A stretch of DNA of 64,000 nt from Dipteris shenzhenensis (lineage: Eukaryota), in assembly GCA_047967505.1 (NCBI GenBank), contig CM106538.1; one strand, given 5' to 3'. Each line of letters begins with the position of its first letter. The first letter of the stretch is position 1. The position numbers were made by a program, and so were the translations under genes. Positions 1-12,460 of this stretch are shown here, piece by piece. The notes beneath the pieces are model-generated. The model did no database searches and had not been told where the DNA came from. It saw only the letters and a program-made list of their open reading frames with translations.

Positions 1-640
1 GACATCTCCAACAATGGGCCTTGGATAGTTCCACTTGCCCACCGTATTCTTCACCCAACATCTCTAGATCCTACAGCTAGGAGTTAGGAAATGAGAACTC
101 GTGAATCTTCAGCATAACCTTGAGTACCTTGAGTAATCCAAAAGCTCGTCTGGAAGGAAAAGACTGACAAAGAAAGGCTAAATTAATGCTCCAGATATTT
201 GCAAGCGAAGATCTAAAGAATGCAAAATCCATCCTAAAATTGAATCAAACATGTAATCGTACATCAAAGAAGTGAGGATCCTTACATGTATCACATCCCT
301 ATGATCCCATTCTGTAAAATAGGAGTGCAATTTGTCATAAAATCTGTGCGTGCTCTCTGGGGGCACAAGTTCATAATAATAGCAATCTTCGCAAAGTTGC
401 CTTGGCCAAGAGTACGTTCTTGTAGTTGCCAACAATGCAAGAGTTATAGAGCCAGTGAGGTCTAATCCCTTTGGGGAAGCAGCACTGCACATAAACCATA
501 TTAACACAATAAGTTGAGTGAAGAGCATTTGAAGATTGTGCATCAAAGAAACCCAGGCAGTCGAAGTAGGCCAATAGGATGCCAAGTGATAATGCAATCA
601 ACATGTCGGCGTCACAATTCCAAACACTGCAGATTAATGA
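1..640 (-). mobile_element. Possible highly decayed LINE (L1-like) endonuclease fragment
   Basis: The minus strand reads LICSVWNCD near 615-640, resembling the 'I.SWN' start of LINE ORF2. Broken frames with faint endonuclease-like character follow. There is no intact ORF. Confidence 0.25.
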
Positions 641-886
641 AAGGAAAGCTCCAATGCATCAGGTCAGCAATAGAACAAAACTTGAAATTAGATTCCATCA
701 CAAATTTTCATGATTTTTTTGTTGGGTTTTCAAAGACACCAATTATTGATAATGTGATCCGTTTTTCTCCTCCAGATATATTCATTCCGCAATCTCCAAT
801 ATCGCCAAATACCTTGCCATAAGGCTTATAGAGTTTTGTTGTAATCCCATGGCCATTTGGGAGCATTGGTGACCTCAATTACATAT

Positions 887-2538
887 TGTAGCTGCCTCGA
901 GGGTGCATTGTTAAGAAACCCTAGATACGACGTGTGTTTAACGGGTATTCTAAAAATCCCTTACCTTTGAATTTTGTCACTTAACTAGCTTGAAATTTTA
1001 GCTTTCCAAAAAATTAAATCTCAAATTGTGGGGTGTGCGGTCTTAAATGTATGTAAATGGAAATAAGAAAGATGTGTTAATTTATACACACACACATATA
1101 GATGCACATCAAACTTAAACCTTCATTTTTGTTGTAGGTACTCCCGTGTAATCATCATCCACTCATCTTCTCTTTGTACACCACTACCTCTACTACGGCA
1201 TGCTTCACCATAGCAAGGGTTGGACTACACACATCACGAGCTTCGAGCATCACAAACATGGACCCCAAACCCGTTGTAGACGGGTCAAGCTACTCGTAAG
1301 CAGAAGCTCACAATAGGAGTACAATCGAGGTTTACAGGAGTATAATTGAGGAGGAATTGAGGTTACACAATAGGAGTACAATTGAGGTTCATAGCAGAAG
1401 ATATGTTATAAGGGACCTTGAATCCAAAGATTCCAAAGCTCTTGATTCAACATATGAAAGCAACAGGGTAAGGGCCACATTTTCAACAATTTGAAGGAGA
1501 AGGAAGCAACCCAACAAACAACACATCGATCGAAGAAGTAGCAGCGGGCCACGAAATGGCTTGGAGCCGAACAGGTCACTGTAAGAAAACAATACAATGT
1601 CTGTGCTCAACAGATAACAAGATCTTGTACGCAAGAGAGAAAACAAATAGTATGGAGAATCAAAAATTTGATTACCGTAGAACTGATACAATCGATGGCG
1701 CTCCTGTGAAAGAAGCTTCGATGGCATGCTGGAAACAGTAGAGGACGGAGGCTGGATGCTAAGGAATCAGGGTTGCTGTAGCCAGTGATGAAATGGGCTT
1801 CACGGGCTTGCTCTTTTATAGCCACCAGTCGTAGTCGGTTAGACCCAATTGGGTGACCGACCCAGTCCGCCCAAAACGGTCAATTGGGAGTCGGTCCCAA
1901 AATAGGCCATCGACCACACGATAGAACCGGTGCGCAAAATATAGCAACTAACCTATGGGGTCCGTTCGGCCCAGAGCCATCCAGGATCATCTGAGGCTCC
2001 AAACGGGCCCCGCAACCCGAGAGTGGGCTGCCCCGAGAAATGCTCCGTCTACCCTCAGTGCGGTCAGTCATGGGATGCCTTCCCGCACTTGCATGTAGCC
2101 TAGTTGGCGGTGTGCCAACTCTATCTAAAGCCATCCAGCCATCAGGCCACACATGGCCCCCATCTGGTGTCCAAACCAAGACCTACTGGATAACCGAGCT
2201 ACTCAAATGCCTTCTCCTCATATGGGGCGGCTTACAAGTAGAGTTAGCTGGTTCCCGCGTAGTTACACGAGAGTGGAGCATTGATATCTAACAGTCGCAA
2301 ACGGGTCTTGAAGACGCTTTCACAACCAATCGATTGAAAGACGATGGACGGGGAGTTGAGCGGGGAAACCGCCTAGAAAACAGGGAGAACAAGGCAGTTC
2401 AATGTTTCCCCTAAGTGGTGTGTAGCATTCCTATGCTCCCCAGCCCCTGTCTTTTCCTCCAATTCGTCCTTTTTGGACAAAGGGGCTTGTCTGTAGCTAG
2501 ATGTGTAACTAGCCATAATACGTAATAGTGTTGCTACA
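887..2538 (-). mobile_element. Possible solo LTR / LTR remnant
   Basis: Bounded by TGTAGC...GCTACA and flanked by ACATAT/AGATAT (one mismatch). A minus-strand TATAAAA lies near 1814-1820, with internal short tandem repeats at 1309-1390. No coding capacity. Confidence 0.3.
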
Positions 2539-3351
2539 AGATATATGTACTATACAAATAGTTTGACTTCATCCATGTTGATTTCACCATTGTTTCTAAT
2601 AAATATTAGTAATAGGCCTTTATCATGCCACAAAATATATATAGTGCACAAACGATTTGATTGCATAATAAATATTTATAAATTAAAATGTGGCAATATT
2701 GATGAGAACTATCAAAACATCTTGAGTTTACTAAAATCTATCTTTTAGGAGCATGCTCAAAGCATTTGATATGACTTAAATATTCATGTCCTTGGGTTAA
2801 ACCTTGTGAACATAATGGGCCTATAAATGTCAATCTTTACCAATAGACATCCTAAGCTAGAAACGGTGGAAGGGTCTTTATTGAACTACCAATGCAAAGT
2901 CTTAGAAATATTTATGTAGAAGAGTGCATGGATATAGGACATGTTAAAAGACTCTAAGAATGTTTTTGTAGTTTGTGTAAAAGAATCTAAGACTGTTTTT
3001 GTAGTTTGTGTAAAAAGCAAGCTTGACATGAAAGACTTGACAATAAGTACAAGAGGGGAAAGAAGTGCTCAGAGAGGCACGATGAGTAGTAGTGCATGAG
3101 ATTTGAGCCTGCATGAGATTCGAGCCACATTAGAGCCTTGTACTAGGAAGGGTTGGGTTGGAACTTGGAATTTCAAAAGTTTGAGAAGTTGAAACTAATA
3201 GTTCTAAAAAAAGGGGGGAAGAATGAATGCAAAGGGGAGAGGGGTATGATGGAATGCGCACGTTTAAGGTGTTTAATAGCAGAATATATATACTTAATTT
3301 GTAGTAATGTATATTTTATGTTCTAGGCTTAGGGGAGAAGCTTATAAAGAG

Positions 3352-3790
3352 TAACGGATTTTGAATGGAGACTTTTGGGTGGGAAAACTTAATTTATGTA
3401 TTATTCCGATAAACAAAACAATGATGTAACGGATTTTGAAATTCTGAATCCGTTAAAGGAGAAGGCGGCGATTTAATATTTATTTGAGGTAGATTAAATA
3501 GGCAACTACGGAAAATTATAAAGAAGCGGGGGCCACGCCCGTGCGGCGGGGGGGTTTTAAAAAAGCGCCAAGTTTAGGGGAGGCGGTTTTGGGACAGGGT
3601 GTGGGCGGTTTTGGGGTGACGGGCGGTTTTACAAAACTGGGCAGGGAAGCCCAAGGGGCGCGGTTTTAGGGCAGGGGAAGGACGGAATCACGAAGGAATC
3701 GTGGGAGATTCTGGCATTAAAGCGACGGGAGAATCTTAGCGGAATCGGTGGGGATTCTGAGAATCACGGCGAATCAAGGCGAATCCAGCA
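3352..3790 (+). promoter_or_regulatory. CpG-rich promoter region of the HNH-like gene with MSA-like (AACGG), TTTGAA, GGCGGTTTT and GAATC motif clusters
   Basis: AACGG at 3353 and 3428 (each followed by TTTGAA) and CCGTT at 3450. Four (G/C)GCGGTTTT copies lie at 3582-3667 and nine GAATC/GATTC at 3685-3785. CpG is retained here, unlike in the surrounding TE DNA. Confidence 0.55.
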
Positions 3791-4430
3791 CTGCTAACGT
3801 ACTCTTTGGTCGTCTTGTTCAAAGGACGCAGTTTTTATTAAGAGGTTGGCCATCGCCATAGCCAAGCTTCCGGCAGAGCTTCGCCGTCGCCATAGCCAAG
3901 CTTCCGGCAAAGCTTCGCCTTCGCCATCGCCATCGCCTTCCTAACGCAGCTTCACTCCATCTCCATCGTTTTCTTCATAGCTCCGCTTCCCCTGCTCCAT
4001 CTCCTTCCCCTTCCCCTGCTCCCTCCCACCTGCTTCGACCTCTGCTCCCTCCTTCCCTTTTGCCATTTCCTCTCCCTCCACCATGCTTCACCCCTCCTCC
4101 TTCCCCCCCTCCCATCTCTCTGTCGACCCCCTCCTCGGCTTCCCCCCCGCCTTCGCCCACCTCTGCCGCCATTCCCCGCCCTCGCACCACCCGCTCCCCT
4201 TCTCCGACGGCCCTCCTCGCTGCTTCCTCCCCTATGCCCTCCCCCCCGACGACGTAATCCCCGCGCCGCTTCTTTGCTCCTTCCGCTGGATGACCCTCCT
4301 TGCACGGACTCATAGCCTTGGTAGAGATAGACGTAGAAAATTCGTAACGGGAATGAGTCCTGCGGCTTAACCAAGAGAGAAATAGAATGCTTGTGTATCG
4401 TTGTTCTTTGGAAGAGTTAGACGTCCAACA

Positions 4431-7400
4431 ATGCGCGGGGATGAGCTGATCGAAGAAGAACAAGTGATTGAATACTTTCTTTCATGTGAGTTTGTCTACC
4501 CGTTGTAGGTAAATCAATCATCGCGGTGTTTGCGCATGCAGGTCTCAAAGCTGAACGAGCTCGAAGAGCTATTTCCGATCATCGCCGAAGCGAACAGCGA
4601 CAATTCTGTCGCAAGCGGTCATGCCGATTTCCTGTGGTCTCAACTCGATCACCTTGGGTACGGAAGTGAATGCCAACTTCTAGGAATTGCAACTTTTTAG
4701 CAGAGGAGTACAGTTCTATTGTGGACAGAAGCGCCGAGGCTTCAGGTGGCCTTTTGTGTTCGCAAGGAAAACGAGGACGAAAAACGGGTGGCGGCAGATT
4801 GGACTGACGTACGATTTCATCTTCTTGTATTCTGTGTACATCCAGGACTGCAGGATTTGACCCCGCTCAGTTTAGAGTCGATCCCTACGGGAATGTCGTC
4901 CACTGGAGTGCAGTTCCGTCGTCTCCTCTTGCGTGGGAAATTGATCACTGGTTTCCACTTACAAGTACGATGCATATCTTTTTCATCGCAAAGCATGCGT
5001 TTATTTGAATTTGAAGAGCCCTCTAACTGGCATGCTTTCTGTAGGAGGCGGCAAAACGATAGCCAGCAATCTTAGAGTAGTGCAATGGCAAGTGGCTCGA
5101 AGAAAGAACCAGAGGCTCGAGTTTCTTGTACCTTGGTGGGATCTACAGCTCGGCATTTCCGTCAATCAATTCCTCTCCATATTTGCATCCAAGAATGCTG
5201 ACTTCAGGTGATTAAATGTTCACAAACGTTTATGCTTGACTGGAATGCAGGATCATTCTAGCTTAACGCGTTGCTGCTTGGACGCAGACAAGGGGCATTT
5301 TCGTTGCTCTTTCTTGAGGGCGGAAACGAGCCTGTCAGCAGCTTAGACGTTGAAAAACATATATGGCCCCAGCATTTTCAAGAAAGGGCGAAACAGGTAG
5401 GATACGCGGCTGCCGCATTGGTTCGGATAGAGAAACAGATGGACGGGCTGAAGAGTGGCGCAAGGACCCCGAAGTCTGGCGGGTCTGTACCGGGTAAGGC
5501 GAGTGCATGGGCTGCTCTCTTTGCCAGCTTTGATAGAAAAATCTGTCTTCATGCTATATAGCAAAATTGTAATTGTGCGCTCTTATTTTGCCTGAAATCA
5601 TCATCAGGAACTCCTTCTAGAAGGAAGTGGCGTGCAGAAGAAGAAGAAGCTTTGCTCATTGCTTTACAGAAATACAGGCCGGTCAATTGGGGGGACAATA
5701 ACAAGTGCGAACCCACGGTCCTGAAACGATTTCCTTCAGACAAGGTAAAGCTTAACCTTGGATTTTTTCAAGCAGAGCTCACTCGAAGTTTATTTGAGGA
5801 TTCTTTACAGAACATCCATATAGAGATGTGCCGAAGATGGAGAAGTGGACCTTTCTCATGTGCTACACCCATGCTTACATGCATTCTTGCAGCACCAGTC
5901 GATCCAAGAACACTTTGAGGCTAACGGGGACAAAAACGGTATCACTATCAGACAATCAGCTGTTGCCTCAGCAATTCAAATGGAAACAGACATAGGTAAG
6001 CAACATGCGCTAGAGAGGCAGCAGAAAGAAGAGCAAATTGCTCGTATGGAAAAAGAATTGATGATTATTAAACAGCAAAACGAGAGGGAGAAAGCAGCGC
6101 TAGACGAACTTGAAAGCAATCTAACAAAACAGAAGAAACGCGTGGAAAAGCAAAGGCGCTGGTCAGAAACACAGTCGCAATATCGTCAGTGCCTCGAAAG
6201 GATCATAAGAGATACCATGCATCAGTAAGTGTCTACCTTGCTCCATAGCTAGAAGGTTGGGCATTTTTCCCAGGTACCGAATAACCAAACAATCGAGTTG
6301 TTGACCTTCATTGACGTGTGTGCAGAAGCTTTGTGTTTAAGGAGCAGGCCAGGCTTAATCAAACTGCTTGCAATGCCCTGCTAGCTAGGCTTCAGTCTCA
6401 GAAAGTTACTTGTGAGAAGGCTGAGCTAGACGTCGTGAAACATTCCAAAGAGAGAGAGGCACTAGAGATTCTCGCTGAGTCAAATCTTGCGGAATATGTG
6501 TGCAAGCGGCTCATTGAGGAAGGATGCTTGGACATTGGCGGGAACCGTACGGAGCAAGGAGTAACCAACAAAATCATAGCGATAGATGATTCTCTCTGCC
6601 CTCAGCAAGTTGGCCATACCATTACTTTGATCGACGAAAAGTGCGTTGTCGAGGTTGCCATTCAGAATCAAACCAGGAGCGGTTCAGAAGCCACAGAAAA
6701 GCTGCTAAATCAACCACTCAGTTGCATCAAGGAGATTGAGATGATTCCGGACGAGGAAGACCGGAAAGCTACAGAAGAGCGACAAGTAAGCACGCAGGCA
6801 TCCCCATTAAAGAGAAAGGTCACGAGTGGTGAGCTAGAGGTGATTGCCGGATACGTAAATCAACGGCAAAAAATCGAGAATACAGGGGAGGACGTCTCGC
6901 AAAGATGCAAGGTGCAGCAAGCGAAATTAAGTTTGGAAGACGAAGACAGACGTCCGAAAGTAGGAGAAGAAGAGCAGCTAGATGATCTTCTGCAAGAAAT
7001 ACACAAGATGCAAGGAAAAGTAAAGGAAGCAATGGTGGATGCAAGTGAAGAGGAAAACGAGGAACAGAGGCTGAGGCGGATGGGAAAGTCCAATGTGGAT
7101 AAGTGGCTACAGAGGCTTCTGTTCAACAACACTGGGGCATGTATGGCTGTGGAGAAGGATACACAGAAGGGGAGCCTTGAAAGGGCTCGCTCAACTGTCT
7201 GTAGAGACCTTGTTGTGGGTGCCCAAAAGCAAGAAGACAGTGGCAGTGCTGCAGGGAATGGTGGGGAGAGATCGAGAGGAGTGTTTGGGCTGTTCCGGAT
7301 GATGAGTTTGAGGCACGAGCCAAAGAAGCTGAAGATTAGCAAGGAGACAGTAGATGGTGCAAATGATGAGTTGAAAGATGGAGAGGAGGCAATGCAGGAA

Positions 7401-8192
7401 GAAGGCAGGTTGAAGGCTGAATGTCACAAGGCTGACTATGGGGGGGAAGAATATCAAGTGGGTGAGAAAGGAGTAATGGCTAAAAGCCAGGAACAAGAAG
7501 AAGAAAGAGGCATGGCAATGGAGATGGCCAGTGCAAGTGAGGTGGTGGAGAGGCTGGGGAAGCTGCAGGTGGCCCCAAGGGACGGGGCTCGAGAGGGAGA
7601 GGTGTTCACCAATGAAAGAGATTTTGTGAAGAGAATGAGGGAAGTGAGAGAAGAGGATAAGATGAGGAAAAGTGGAAGGATGAAGATTGGACCTTGTTTA
7701 AGCTTTGGGGAGAAAGAGGTGCCTGCTATTCAGCCTGTGCATGTGAATATTCAACAACAGCTTCATCATCATCAACAGCAGGAGCAAGACAACTTTCACA
7801 TAAAGACCAAGGCTAAGTCCACTGAAAACCCAACTAAACCCACTGAAAATCCACACTTCAACATGGCTGCCACACATTCTTCCACCTCCACATCTGCCAC
7901 TCAAGTTGGTCCTGAGAAAGTCCGAAGAAGCAGTAGCATGCGAGTTGCATCCACCAGTAGATGGGTCTTGCACATGAGAAAGGGCTCTGATCTACCTAAA
8001 AATGAAGAGATTGATCTGTTATTCCATGCTTCTTCAACACTCCAAGATGGTGCCAGCCAAGGAAAACATGCTGCTTCAAAAGTGCAAGCAAAAAGTGGTA
8101 GCAGCAGTGGCTTGAGTAGTGGTTTGGGGCTGAGAGCTTCTATCAAGACTTGCACCAGGGCATGGAAGAGGGCTGTATCAAAGAAGCTGTAG
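4431..8192 (+). CDS. Uncharacterised plant HNH-like domain / coiled-coil protein. Predicted exons 4431-4463, 4542-4657, 4846-4964, 5045-5207, 5288-5493, 5608-5744, 5893-6224, 6326-8192
   Basis: GT-AG introns join in consistent phase, giving ...SGHADFLWSQLDHLGTAGFDPAQFRVDPYGNVVHWSAVPSSPLAWEIDHWFPLTRGGKTIASNLRVVQWQVARRKNQRLEFLVPWWDLQLGISVNQFLSIFASKNADFRQGAFSLLF... This has a DH-x-GG-x-N HNH-like motif, then coiled coil (ORFs 5845-6228 and 6318-8192). The first exon and start codon are the least certain. Confidence 0.85.
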
Positions 8193-8239
8193 GTATATAA
8201 GCTACTACAGTACTGATTATGCCAACACTCTTTGCTAAT

Positions 8240-8566
8240 ATTCAGTATCCAGACAGCTCTCCATTAAGGTGACAGGTGTCCATTAAGGCAGTGAAATGTA
8301 ACTCAGATACTGCCCCTCCTGTTTGAAGGCCCCCTACTTGTTGGTATTCTAATGTTCGAGTTACGTTTCTCTATTATATGGATAGCTCATGCAACAGTTG
8401 GAGTCGAGGGCCTCTCACGAAGGTCAATGCTCATAGATATCGGATCATGAAAACTTGAAGATTTAATTCAAGGAGATTCGGCTATACATATCTGCCCTAT
8501 TTTCCTCCCACATACTCACGCATACAGAGTGTTTGTTTTTGTGTGTGTGTGTGTGTGTGTGCGTGC

Positions 8567-8612
<46 letters not shown>

Positions 8613-9119
8613 CCATATGATAAGAAAGAAATACTTCCACATGAGCTGATCATAGAGCTGCAGTTGATCTAAGATTTCAAGGGATTACATGTACATAAGC
8701 AAATAAGGTTGCCCCTTGCTCAACAAGAAATGTTATTAACATTAATGTTAGGGATTACATGTACGAGTAGCGTCACTCGTCTATGACTTGGTTAGAGACC
8801 CGCTCAATTCAGTATCTAGACAGCTCTCCATTAAGGTGACAGGTGTCCATTAAGGCAGTGAAATGTATCTCAGATACTGCCCCTACTTGTTAGGCTTGAT
8901 ATGGAGATCTTTATATCTTCCTTGGGATTCTAATGTTCGAGATACGTTTCTCTATTATATGGATTGCTCATGCAACAGTTGGAGCCGAGGGTCTCTCACG
9001 AAGGTCAATGCTCATAGATATCGGATCATGAAAACTTGAAGATTTAATTCAAGGAGGTTCGGCTATACATATCTGCCCTATTTTCCTCACATACTCACAC
9101 ATACAAAGTGTTTGTTTTC

Positions 9120-9156
<37 letters not shown>

Positions 9157-9233
9157 CATACGATAAGAAAGAAATACTTCCACATGAGCTGATCATAGAC
9201 CTGCAGTTGATCTAAGACTTGAAGGGATTACAT
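8240..9233 (+). repeat. Tandem duplication of ~430-450 bp immediately 3' of the HNH-like gene (8240-8690 and 8807-9233), each copy with a (GT)n(GA)n microsatellite
   Basis: Both copies start ATTCAGTATC.AGACAGCTCTCCATTAAGGTGACAGG and end GATCTAAGA.TT.AAGGGATTACAT. Confidence 0.92.
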
Positions 9234-10598
9234 ATATAAGAGCTATCTCATTGTTGAGCTCAGGCAGCAAAGCTAATTCTTCATTTTGATCTGCATCCTC
9301 TTGTTGAAAGGACACCAGTGACTTGGATGGCAAAATTGAGTGAGGGAGGTACTCGGTAAGCATTGAGGACCTCACCCTCAACCTTGTGGGTCTTGAGGAC
9401 ACAATCAAGGGTTGCTCAGGAATGCATTTCTAAGAGAAGTTGTTTGGCACTCAAAGTCCACATTTCTTTCCTAACGGGTTTATGCATCTTTGCATCTTCG
9501 TCAAACCGGTGAAGGGGTGGCACCGCAGTGGGAGCATCCCAAGGGGAGGCATGACTATGGGAGCGCCTCGATAGAGAGTGCATTTCTAAGGTGCCACATG
9601 GCATAGCCATTTGAGTGCCATGTGGCACCTCCAAAATAAGTAAATATAGATATAGAAGATGTTAAGATAAATTTTACGTCTGTTATTTTTTCAACTTTTA
9701 CAACAATAGAAAATGAAAATGGGACAACACAATGATTGTATTTTGGTTGAATAGTGACCAATGATTGAAAATAAAACAAAGCAATCATCAACATGGGACA
9801 TCATGTATGCAAGGTCTATTAGGACAAAATTCATCCTAAAAATTTCAAGGTCATTTATATTACCATTGATGTGAAGGCCAATTCTTAGCAATTGTTAAAA
9901 GAAATACATAAATAATACAATTGAATAAGTTAATATGCTCATATGCATCCATCCCATTGAATTTCAATCTCATGGGATAGTCATATGAGAAGAACATAGG
10001 TCAAATGCAATACATCAAAGTCTAAATAAGCTTAGATGATTATTAAAAAAAGCTACACATAGTTATCGGTGCCTCAAATCATGTTGGCAATTAGGAAACT
10101 ACACTACCACATATTGAGTTTATATATATATGTATATATATATATATATATTGGTGTTACGTGTTGGTGGAGAGTTGCTCGTGCTTCCTTTCCACAAGAT
10201 TTTAGGAGGCCAAGCTCATAAAGTATGATCAAATCAACTTGTCCACGTTCACAGTAATAGATATTTATTCTGTAGAATGGCCAAGAAAACATAGCTTGAG
10301 ATTGTCATGAAATGTTTATATAGTTGCGCGACGACGGATCTAACATCATTTGAGTCTAAATTGATTTGGTCTTTGATCTAAACGAGTAACATGACCCGTT
10401 TACGATGGGTTAGACACTCACTCCATTGGGTCTCAAGGGTGGAATCCTAAAATATCATTAACTGCGAGAAATACAATTTCATGTTTCAAGACCTCCTCCC
10501 CATATGCACCCCTTGGCTCTGTGCTTAGTTTACTCAACGATTCAGCTAGATGAGTGGCCATGCGATGTCACAAAAAACAACCCTCTATTCCCCATGCA

Positions 10599-10634
<36 letters not shown>

Positions 10635-11134
10635 GCATATATAATATTTCTCTCTCCATCACACATCCCTGTGCACTCTCTCCCTTTAGTGTCTTCCTTG
10701 CATGCATACACATGTGGACTATCATACATAGGAGATCCCCCCCCCCACCTTTCTCTTTTTCATGTACATTTACAAATACGTGCATGCGCATGGAGTAACA
10801 TGATCCATCTCCCCTTACCTCCCCCTTTGGCTTCCACTTGGCAACTTGTTCCTAATAAGAAAATAGAAGTAAATATTGATGTGTTTATATGTGTATACAC
10901 ATGGCCTTGATTATGCAACATACGTGCACATTTTATTTTTAGCTTTTCCTTTTAAATATGCATAAAATCTATTTTCCAACTAAAAGCAATACTAGGCTAA
11001 ATATGTTCTAATTCAAAGAATCCTAAAAAGAATTCAAATATTGAGATCCATATTAAAACCTAAAATGTTATTCCTTGAAATTAAAGAAAAACTTGCACAA
11101 AAATTGTTTTAACGCATTGAGGGGATGATTCAAT

Positions 11135-11476
<342 letters not shown>

Positions 11477-12460
11477 AACTTTAGAGAGAGAGAGAGAGGT
11501 TCATTAAGCCCTTGGCATAATGTTACATCCTTTGTCCCCCTCTCTACTTTCTCTCCTCTCTTTCTAGCAACCTTGTCAACCCCTCGTCTCTACTCTCTCT
11601 CATAGCTTCAGAGTCCCCCTACCTTACCTCTAGTCTCTACCCCTTCATGACCGTCGCCCCTTCATGACCGTCATAGCCACCTTGCAATAGTTGCTCTTTC
11701 AACCCCCCTCACCTTGAATGTTGCACCTCTCCTTGCAACTACTCCCTCAATCCACTCACCTCCACTCTCTCCATGGTTGCTCCCTCATCCCGTCACCTCC
11801 CCTCTTCTCATGGCTACTACTTGCTCACCCTCTCTTTGTGCCAGCTCCCTCAATCCCTCACCTCCTCATGTGGCTACTCCCTCACCCGCTCTCTTTGTGC
11901 AATGCTCAAGCTCCCTTAACCTCTCACCTCCTCGTGCGGCTGCTCTATGTCCCCCCACCCTCGTTGCACCTTGCCATCCCCTCTTCTTCTAGGCTTGCCC
12001 CCTCACCTTGACTCCATTCCCACTATCACCTTTACTCCACCTCTCCCTCCCCTACCCTCTCCATGTAGCACGGCGATTTCCTCCCTCAATCCCTCACCTT
12101 TGCTCACCTATTTATTATTGCATCTAGCCAATTAATACCTTTTGAGTTTTCACAATTAAGTGATTAAGTTTTATGATGTTAATTTGATTGTGCATTGGTA
12201 GAGCATTTAGATCTGTACCAACGCAATGCATTTCTTTTCTTTAAGAGCATCCATTTTGCATCGACTACTTTCATGGGATTTAAAACATGTGGCAAGCTAG
12301 GGTCATTTACTTGTGAAGAAACCTTCTTTGGATCTCATGTATATGTGTTTCTAAAATCTCTAAAACCATTCTTTATTTTGGTTTATGATTTATTTATTTT
12401 TAATGTTGGTGAAATAGCTTTATTCTTGCATACATGATTAATTTATAATCTTAAGTTATA

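Noticed and set aside
3952-4463. G/R/E-rich and P/S-rich ORFs upstream of the HNH-like gene
   Set aside because: They result from a pyrimidine-rich leader that is open in several frames, and show no domain signal.
4486-4541. Alternative first-intron donor GTGAG at 4486
   Set aside because: It puts exon 2 out of the frame that encodes the conserved-looking LEELFPII...GHADFLW. The donor at 4464 was preferred, though it is unverified.
6480-8155. Several antisense ORFs within the long last exon
   Set aside because: Shadow ORFs of the real + strand exon.
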